DNA of 64,000 nt from Macrostomum lignano. Taxonomy: Eukaryota. Below the pieces are notes generated by a model. That model was not told where the DNA came from. It did not search any database and saw only the letters and a list, made by a program, of their open reading frames with translations. The position numbers were made by a program, and so were the translations under genes. The stretch lies in contig NIVC01000346.1 of the NCBI GenBank assembly GCA_002269645.1, forward strand, positions 62,001 to 126,000, written 5' to 3'. Shown here in pieces: positions 48,584 through 64,000 of the stretch (positions are counted from its first letter, which is position 1; the number at the start of each line of letters is the position of its first letter).

Positions 48584-50654
48584 CTGGAATTTTATTTTTA
48601 TTTTTAATAAAAATATGTGTAAAACTGATACTATAATTAAAGACAGTTGCCTCTACGCAGATTTTGTAATAAAATGTTATTATTTCATAAGGAAATTAAA
48701 AAATTAAATGGAAAGATTTCCTCAAGCAGTCAAGGTAGAAAAGTATTTTTTATAAAAATAAATGTGTTTATATTTTACTTTTATTGAGACAGTTAACTAA
48801 TAAATAATTATATTTCCACAGTTAAATTAGCAAAACATAACTCAGTTGCACTAGGCCATGGTAGTAAGGACAACTTAAGTAGTCCTTGGGTAGTAAAAAA
48901 TTTAAAAATACCCGAAAAAAGCATGCTGTGAAAATAATCAAATTAAAAATTACATCACAGACTAATTTAAGCTTGAAAGACAGTAGATTCATGGCCAAGA
49001 AACAGCAGATACTATAAAAATTATTATGAGTTAATATAAATTCTGAACAAATTAAAACTAAACTAAGTCATTGCTAGTCAAGGAATTATTACTCAAGCAA
49101 AAAAATTTTCTTGCTAATAGCTAATGCAGTTCTATAATAGTAAAATATAAGCTGCCCATTTTCCTTCGTCTAAAAACTTACTTAGTTAAAAACATTGACG
49201 AACTAATGGCAAATGGCTTAGTAAAATTCTAGGTAAATTTTTGCAATCTTCTGCTTGAAATAAAACATTGTCTTGATGATGCAGACAAAAACAATTTTTA
49301 ATACTATTAAACGACTTGTCTAGAAAATCGTTGTCAAAATTTTATCTATTTTTACAGCCTAAAATTAAACTTCATCTATAATAAATCATCAAAAAATGCA
49401 TAAAATATGGTATTTTGTTTACAAAATAGTGTTTTTTAATGTTGTTTGTAATATTTCTAGACCACCATGCAAACAAGCCGAATTTTAAAGTCTTGGAATT
49501 TTTCAATTTGAAGCTCTTGGCAATGCAGTTGCAACTTGGCAACTGAAATTAAATTCTATACAAATATCCCAAATAGCAATCAAAAAACAAGATAGGCCTC
49601 TTTTTAAAACCCTATTTTACAAATTACTGTAAGATTACCTATCAAAAAATATTTTTGTTTTAACGCACTAAATTTCCAAATATAACTTTGAAATTGCGTG
49701 GTTATAACATTTATAGGATTAGACCTTACCTATCTTGATAACAGTTTCCCAGTTTAATTACAATGATATTTTCGGCCACTTAAAACTCAAGGCCTAATCA
49801 AGTAGAAGGAAGCGGGCCGGGACCTATGTTGCTTGTAAGTTTTAGGAGGCAGCTACGGGAGGTTTTACGGAGAAAATACATATACGACAATTCCGGAAAA
49901 GAGTTTTTTATTATTTTCAGCCTAAAATTAGATATTGCCTTTGATAGGAGGCAGACCCAAAGTTCATCCTTTGATATGGTTTTGATATTCTTTAAAATAT
50001 TGCTCTTTTGATATTCAGTAGTATACGTTCGTATAGAGCCTTTTGCTTATAGGCTTAATTTACAATGTACGATCGAGCTATTAGGCTGGCGTTATTTTAG
50101 AGAGAAATCTAAACATTAGACAATGCATGTATGTCTTATTTTTCTGAATCGTTGAGTTATTGTACTTAAAAATCAAAGTTGTGACATTTTTATGATTTTT
50201 TGGCACAGAACATAGTACGTATGTACAAAATTTAACATACATGTAGAAACCTAATTTACTAAACAAAAAGCTTTATGAATATCAAGAAGGCAACTCATCT
50301 GCAAAAGATGAACGACATATAGGGTCTGCCTGCTGCTATCAAAAAGCAATTTTACATGTACATGTACAAGTTTCAAATTTAAGCTGAAAAAAGTCACGGA
50401 TGGTAATTGCATGATTTTGTAATCCTGACTGATTTACTGGAAACTCCACGGCAACTTTCGCCCTTGATAAAATTGGCCACTCATATTTTCCAGCATGTAC
50501 AGGGAGCAGGCTAAAAATAAAGAACACTTAAAAAGCTTTTTGCTCATATTTGACTATTTTTAATCATTCTAGTTCGCACTTTCTTTAAGTAAAGTCGAAG
50601 CAATTTTTTCAAGATTTTCACGATAATTTGAACACCCATCTCAAATTCGGTCAA

Positions 50655-50812
50655 GACAACTCGATGTCGAATTTTCTGATTGGACAAGCCGCTTTGTTAT
50701 ACTCGATGTCGAATTTTCTGATTGGACGAGCCGCTTTGTTATACTCGACGTCGAATTTTCTGATTGGACGAGCCGCTTTTGTAATACTCGACGTCGAATT
50801 TTCTGATTGGAC
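50655..50812. repeat. 42-bp repeat x about 4, each containing ATTGG (CCAAT on the minus strand)
   Basis: CTCGA(T/C)GTCGAATTTTCTGATTGGAC(G/A)AGCCGCTTTGTTATA repeated. Confidence 0.85.
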
Positions 50813-53800
50813 GAGCCTGGAATGAATTACCAGGTCGACTCTGATTGGCTGAGCTCCAGACCTAGCCTCAAATTACCCTTTCCACTGGCCGGTGAAATCT
50901 CCCGGATCCCATGCAGGGAACTTGAGAGGTGCAGGAATAAATCATTAAATACAGATAAAAAAGCTAGCCAAGACATCCAGGGGGGTCGCCAAAAGTGAGA
51001 GCTAGATGATTATGCATTTTAAATCATAGAAACTGTAAAAATTGGGAGAAAAAACTGACTTATATGAATCTTTTTTCTGGCACCGTGAAAAGTGACAGGT
51101 AGGTGATAATAAATCAAAATCAACTCCGCTGCAGTTTGACCTCTAGGCGTCAAAAACTTCGCAAAAATACTCGTAAGTCCCCAAGAAGCAAAGTGTATTG
51201 ATGAGGACGCACTTTTTCCCGAATCCCGCGCTAGCACATGGCTCTAAACTTACTAGCCTACTGACAGCAGGCTAATTAAAAGGCATTTTTATTCTTCTTC
51301 TACTAATTGTCATAGAATCTATACTAGATATAATGTTTGGTCATACTAGTAGTCATAATAACATAGGCGCAGCTTTTTGGGTCGTAAATCATCGCTTTCA
51401 AAGTTTGTCTGACAGCCACCTGCGCCTCGCACTCAGTGTTGAGGCTGGCGCCAGATGGCCTGAGGGGATGCGAATAGCAGCTTTTTTCTCATCATTTTGA
51501 CAGACCATCAAGATTTATGAGGTCAGAGCCTATTGTTCGGGTTCATTCAGCGTGTGACAGCTTTGACAGCTATGCGTTTTACCCCTAAAAGTACTTCGGG
51601 ATTAGCGATTAGCAATTTCTCTTCATTATCTTCACTTTCTATTTAATAAGAGCTTTCTAATGTATATTTTTTCATTAATTTTTGTCAATCTACTCGAAAA
51701 GTCATAAATCATTTTGTTGTGATTTTGATTGATTTATGGCCGCACCTGTCATCTTTTTACGACCCTGTGGGAACTGATAGGATCTCCCGGTCACGTGATT
51801 CTGGGTAGCAATAAGTTTAGCCAATCAGAAAATTCGGCGCTCATTTTAACAAAACGGCTCAGCCAATCAGAATCGACGTGTTCCATTATAACAAACTGTG
51901 GTCCAGTTGGCGGCTATTTAAACCGGTGTTTTTGGCCCGCTCGGACCCCAGACGCTTGCTATCGGCCAGGAACTCGCTCTTTCCCTGGCCTGACCGTCGT
52001 CTCTTGATCCCCGGATTGCGACTTCCCCCATCATCATCAAGGACGAGTCCCCCCGGTCATCGGCAGCGACCATCAAAGTTAAGAGCATCACCTGCTAGCT
52101 AACAGCGAAGATTGTGACATCAGCATCATCCCGAGTCTACAGCTGCGAAGCATCAAGCCGATTCGGTCACTGTGGATTTCCTGGTCTCCGGTTGTTGAGT
52201 TTCTGATTGGTTGCGTGAGAAGCTACCTAGACTTGCTTGATCGGGTGATTCCTTACCTGTCCCCTGTTTCAGTAGCTGGATTAGGCGCACACTTTTGCTC
52301 ATTTTGTTCAGTAGTGCTGTTGCTGAGGCAGAAATCATTCAATAATACTGCTAGTAGTCTAAGACTCTAATTCAATCTGAGGTGTGAAGTGATTCAAGGA
52401 GAAGGTTAAATCTGACAGTTATTTTTATCGGTTTTATTTCTTTGTTCGCCGATGGCTCAGATGAGTAGCTAAGCTAGTAGGCGCCGGTCGCAGTGGACCA
52501 ATGGCAAGGCAGTTCTCAGTCGATCAATCTGTCAAATCAGTTAGCGAAACTGCCAATAGTGCAAAATCGGCGCCAGAGATGTACTTTGTGCACTCTAGGT
52601 TAGCCAAGCGGCTCGGGTGATTAATCATGCGGTCTCTGAAGTTCGAGTTGGCCTATCATCAGCGCTATGAGAGGCTAGTTGGCGCGTTGAATGCCAAAAG
52701 TACATATTTTTGTATTTAGCAATGTAATAGTACATGTAGCTACCCCACAGTCTCGCCACTGCAAGAATCCCCTGCACAAGTCCCCTCTGTACCTGCATGG
52801 CCAATGCGATCTAGTCCCAGCAGTGTCCCTTATCATCGGCTATGACTTCGAGATTGACAGCAAAAAGACACTAGTTGGCAGGTAAGTGCAAAGCCCCTTC
52901 TAGTCGGAAGCCCGATTTCGAGAGTCCCGGTGTGGTGAGCCAGGGCGCACGGGCTGGTGGCAGCAAGTTAGTTGATCTGCGGATTAGCTAATTTCTACTT
53001 TCAAAATTCTCCCTGCTTGTCTCTCGCTGTCCCTCTCTTAGCTATAGGACCTAGACTGCTCGCCACACGATCAAGCTACCATGGGGCTGACCATCTGACA
53101 GGAGTGGGGGCCAGGACTCTAATTGATTTATTTCTGAGACCTGAGGCCCGAAGGCTTCCCCACAAGGGGGCCGGAAGGTCGAAACCCATCAGTATGTCCT
53201 AAAAGTAGTAAAATGTGGTTCGCTGAAACAAAAATAAAAAATAAAAACCCAGAAGTCGACTACTAAGAGTAATAGAAGAGAGAGAGATGAAAACTCATGT
53301 GCGATTCTAAAATTTAAATTTTTGTTAAGAAGACTGTTTCCCGTTTTGTTATTAATTAAATTGAATTAAAACAAAAGTCGCTGCTTGTTAATTCTGTTAT
53401 TTAATGCCCTCTTCGTTTATGCTTGGTGCCTTAATTTAAAAGAGTTGAGTCACACAGAATGAAATGAATGAAGCGGATTAATAAGGCATTATAATTTGAC
53501 AAAAGTTATTGACAAGTTATTTAAGCACAGTTTGTACGTGCGGTTTCGCAAAATTGAAGATTTATCTGCTATTTCATACAATGTAATTACCGATATATAT
53601 ATATAATAAATTTAATAATCACGCAATGACAGCTAATTAAAACTAAGCAATCTTATGTTGTTAGGCTCACTGCTTAAGCCTTTATAAATTTAGTAGTACT
53701 GTAGGCTTGAAAATGTCTATTTGAGAGGTTTTTTTACAGGAAAAAGTTTCTCTTACAAAGGAAAATTGCCGTCAAGAAGGAATGAGGATGCTCAGTGACA

Positions 53801-54103
53801 AATAGTTTTTTTAAATGAGATACATTTTCTTGAGTACAAATAACATTAATTAAGCAGTGCTGCGGCTATATTAATGTCGCAAATTCATACTTGAAAGTAT
53901 AGTAGCAAACTGAGATTTCTCTATAGCCACGCTATATAGTTTCTGAAAAAAATAAGCTAGTTTTGAAATTTCGTGAAAGATTTCATCTAAAGTCATATTT
54001 GGTATACACGCCTAAAAAGTCGTTAAAAGATTGCGCGCCAATTTGAATTTGGACTCGCAATTTTACTCGACAATTTCTCTACCCAGCTAATCCAAAGAAG
54101 GCT

Positions 54104-60166
<6,063 letters not shown>

Positions 60167-60371
60167 CCTTTGTCTGCTGCGATTCTTGAGAAAGAGCCAC
60201 GAAACTGACTGCTTTCAAGTGCAAATTATTTCTTAATGAAATGAAATGAAATCGAACACAGTGTGTCAAATCAATCAATTCAATTATTCCGTTCTCAATG
60301 AGCTTTCCGCTCAAAAACTTCTGCGTGCCATAGACTAAAATATTTGTACTTTTTACTTACGTGTCACAAAA

Positions 60372-60715
60372 GGGGCTGTTGCCCAGTGGTCAGCGCGGCG
60401 CTCTGATGTGCCAGCGGCCCAGGCTCGATTCCAATTGCAGTCACATTAATTTGGGCTAAATTGGAATCTCGGCTTGGGTCCTCTCGTGAAATTAACAACG
60501 CGCTCTTGATGGTGTACATGCCTGACGATAAATAAAGTTAGGACCGCTGTGCACTCCTGTGTGAGTGTGTGCCTGTGCGTATGACTGCGTACGTATCCGC
60601 GCGCTTGTGTGCCTGCTCAGGGGAGTCGGCGGAATGGGCAGCAATGCCTCTCGCCGGTTGTGTGACAATGTCGCTTAGAGTCCGCCAGGTTGTACACTGC
60701 CCCTGCCTCTAAAAA
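60372..60715 (+). mobile_element. tRNA-derived SINE, full-length copy
   Basis: Head GGGGCTGTTGCCCAGTGGTCAGCGCGG...GGCTCGATTCC contains Pol III A-box and B-box-like motifs. The body is shared with copies at 40935 and 62790; A-rich end. Confidence 0.8.
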
Positions 60716-61289
60716 ATAGTAAAACAAAAAAATGCCTTACTACTCTACTTACGATCGTAGTTAGTAGGCAGTAAAGCAAATTCAGCTGTGATAGAAATAT
60801 GCTTTTTCAATTCAAGTTAATTCATTTTTAAAATTAATCGTTTGAAGTGCCAATTAGATTGAAACGATTTGCGCCCCTCGAATTAGGAATTAAAATACCG
60901 AGTTAATATACTACTTAAACTGGCTGCTTTGGCAACCACTTAAGCAAAACACCATCATCATAAAAATTAAAAACGTGCCAGATTCTCTTTTCCTAATTCA
61001 TATTCTCCTTTCTCATTTTCCACTAAAATTGAAACAAAGCAAATTTTCACACGTCTGAAAGGCAGCAGATGATTAACTGACTCGGAGAGCACAATTTTTT
61101 GATACAATTTTTGCTGAGAAAGAGCGTCACTGATTACTATTTACTAGAATATTATATACTACTTTACTAATACAAAATAGTAATTTTCCTACAAAAAAGA
61201 AAACAATTGCACATTTACTTCTTTAGAGTGATTTTCGCCTTTTAAAAATATTAAAATTAAAACACCCTTAAAATTGTAAGAATGTAACT

Positions 61290-61965
61290 TGGCGCCAAAG
61301 TGGCGCTATAGGAAATGGCGCTATGGAAACTGGCGCTATGGAAACTGGCGCTATGGAAAGTGGCGCTATGGAAGGTGGCGCTATGGAAGGTGGCACTATG
61401 GAAATTGGCACTATGGAAATTGGCGCTATGGAAATTAGCGTCAAAGTGGCGCTATAGAAAATGGCGCTATGGAAGGTGGCGCTATGGAAAGTGGCGCTAT
61501 GGAAACTGGCGCTATGGAAAGTGACGCAATGGAAAGTGGCGCTATGGAAAGTGGCGCTATGGAAAGTGGCGCTATGGAAAGTGGCGCTATGGAAAGTGGC
61601 GCTATGGAAAGTGGCGCTATGGAAAGTGGCGCTATGGAAAGTGGCGCTATGGAAGGTGGCGCTATGGAAAGTGACGCAATGGAAAGTGGCGCTATGGAAG
61701 GTGGCGCCATGGAAAGTGGCGCTATGGAAGGTGGCGCTATGGAAAGTGGCGCAATGGAAACTGGCGCTATGGAAAGTGGCGCTATGGAAGGTGGCGCTAT
61801 GGAAGGTGACGCTATGGAAAGTGGCGCTATGGAAGGTGGCACTATGGAAATTGGCGCTATGGAAATTAGCGTCAAAGTGGCGCTATAGGAAATGGCGCTA
61901 TGGAAGGTGGCGCTATGGAAGGTGGCGCTATGGAAGGTGGCGCTAGGGAACTTGGCGCCATATAG
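61290..61965. repeat. 15-bp minisatellite GGCGCTATGGAAAGT
   Basis: Directly visible. Confidence 0.96.
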
Positions 61966-62789
61966 AAAGTGGCGCGTTCAACAAAAACCCAGCTCCATAA
62001 AAGGGCGTCTTATTGGTTCGAGAAGGTGTTCACGCGTGCGCATGTGCACAATATCTATTTATTATTTACTCAAGTTTACTATACTTAATTCATTATAGGT
62101 GAGAAAATTACACACACAATCTGTGCAAGGCCTAATAATCTTCAAGGTGCTCTATAGCAATTATAGGTATTTACCCCCACCCCTTCCCTGATCGTTTAGA
62201 TTTTTATACTATATATTAGATAAGATAGAGTGCCCTATCTGTTAATTCGTTTATGTTTGTCCATTAATTTGCGAGTTTTCTGAGTCGCAACCATTCCCAA
62301 AGCTGGACTCACGCAGGGCGCCTCGCGTGCTCCAAATCTAGCTGGCTAACTAATAGGTGTTAAAACCGCCATCCTCTTTAGAGCTTTAGAGCCGGGCATT
62401 CACGCTTTATATCTGATGCTTTATCTGACTCGCCCGCATTTGTTTAAACTTTTGCGTCTACCTTCAGACACTTTAATTGACAATATATTTATATATATAA
62501 AACTTTTCGATACAATGGTCAGCTATAAGGCAAGGGTATAGCCAACCCTCTGAACAATGGGATGATGGCCCAAGCCTATAAAATCTCTTGATTTACAATT
62601 CAACCTGACGTTGTGAATTCGAAGGCTAAATCGTGTATATTCGAATTTTGTTGTGACTTTTCGAGAGTATTATTAGATAAAGAGCTCATATATAGTGGGG
62701 ATGGATGTTAAAGTTTGTATTGTTTGCATCACGGGGGGATACTGCCAGAGCATACTGGTTTGTCTCACCCTGACACAAGCGCTTTTATT

Positions 62790-63104
62790 TAATGTTGGGG
62801 GGCCTTGTGGCGCCCTTTTAAAGTTTGCTGACTGTGGCGAGAGTCATTGCTGCCCATTCCGCCGACTCCCCTGAGCAGGCACACAAGCGTGCGGATACGT
62901 ACGCAGTCATACGCACAGGCACACACTCACACATGACTCAAGGCATGTACACTTCACTGTGCCTTGGGGGGTTGGCTTTTAATTGCACGAGCAGAGCCAA
63001 GCCGAGATTCCAATTCAGCCCCAAATTAATGTGACTGCACTTGGAATCGAGCCTGGGCCGCTGGCACATCAGGGCGCCGCGCTGGACCACTCAAAGGGAC
63101 CCCC
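62790..63104 (-). mobile_element. tRNA-derived SINE, inverted copy of the same family
   Basis: The reverse complement carries the same head (GTGGTCCAGCGCGGCGCCCTGATGTGCCAGCGGCCCAGGCTCGATTCC) and body (TGCGTACGTATCCGC...GGGAGTCGGCGGAATGGGCAGCAATG), with a short internal deletion. Confidence 0.8.
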
Positions 63105-63591
63105 GCGTCTGGTAATTTGTAGCGCAATTCGAAGATGTTTTGTGGTGATGTGCAATTACAGCTGGGAGTCAATCAGACAGAGATTTCAAGCCATTAAAAT
63201 GCGATGTCATTGGAGTTCCAGTCCAAGTGTAGCAAAACACCAATAGCAGTCCTTGTTCGGCAGAAAAACAATTAATAAAACACGGCGGCGCGCATTTTTG
63301 GTCAGCACCGGATGCAGGCAATCAATATCGAGTCTTTAGCCGGCAATTTACAGTCTGGTTATAAATAAATGAGCCATTTTTATTCCCGCAATTATGATAT
63401 GCTGAACTCGCAATAAAATTAAGAACCCAGGCAAAACGTTTAAGCCATATAAGTAAATATAGATACGTCACGCTTTGTTACTTCGCTGTAAATATGATAT
63501 TTTTTGTACTACAGCTTCAAAAGGTTTTGCGACTTGTTCAGGGACTGCTTACACATACCATGGAATAGAGAAAAGAATAGGTTTTTTATAG

Positions 63592-63906
<315 letters not shown>

Positions 63907-64000
63907 GGAGCTATTTCCAATCTCGCTCCCCAGTCCAGAGCGGTGCTGCCGGGGTCCCTGTCTGTGCCGTCCCAATGCCACAAGAAGTCACAAGTGACAG

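Noticed and set aside
60372-60445. Possible tRNA gene
   Set aside because: A/B boxes are present, but the acceptor and T stems pair poorly and the sequence continues into a multi-copy body, so it is a SINE head.

Overview
Eukaryotic (animal) genomic DNA, not prokaryotic. It has GC-rich exons with GT-AG introns, and most long introns are filled with minisatellites and (GACA)n tracts. This style suggests a free-living flatworm such as Macrostomum (inference only). By hand I could splice seven protein-coding genes with consistent intron phases: WDR47 (5' part not resolved, +), a secreted-type tyrosinase (-), two tandem PAN/Apple + F-type lectin paralogues (+), CFAP61 (15 exons, -), DNAL1 (-) and an orphan ~1036-aa disordered protein (-). 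Mobile DNA comprises a decayed THAP/P-element transposase, a small Ty3/gypsy-like fragment, a piggyBac-like MITE and three copies of a tRNA-headed SINE. Most long ORFs in the supplied track are artefacts of tandem repeats, and there is no CRISPR array. The best leads are: an operon-like DNAL1-CFAP61 pair in which DNAL1 has no in-exon ATG; a 15x in-frame amplification of the THAP AVP motif; loss of a fucose-binding Arg in one lectin paralogue; and minisatellite cores shared between neighbouring introns.
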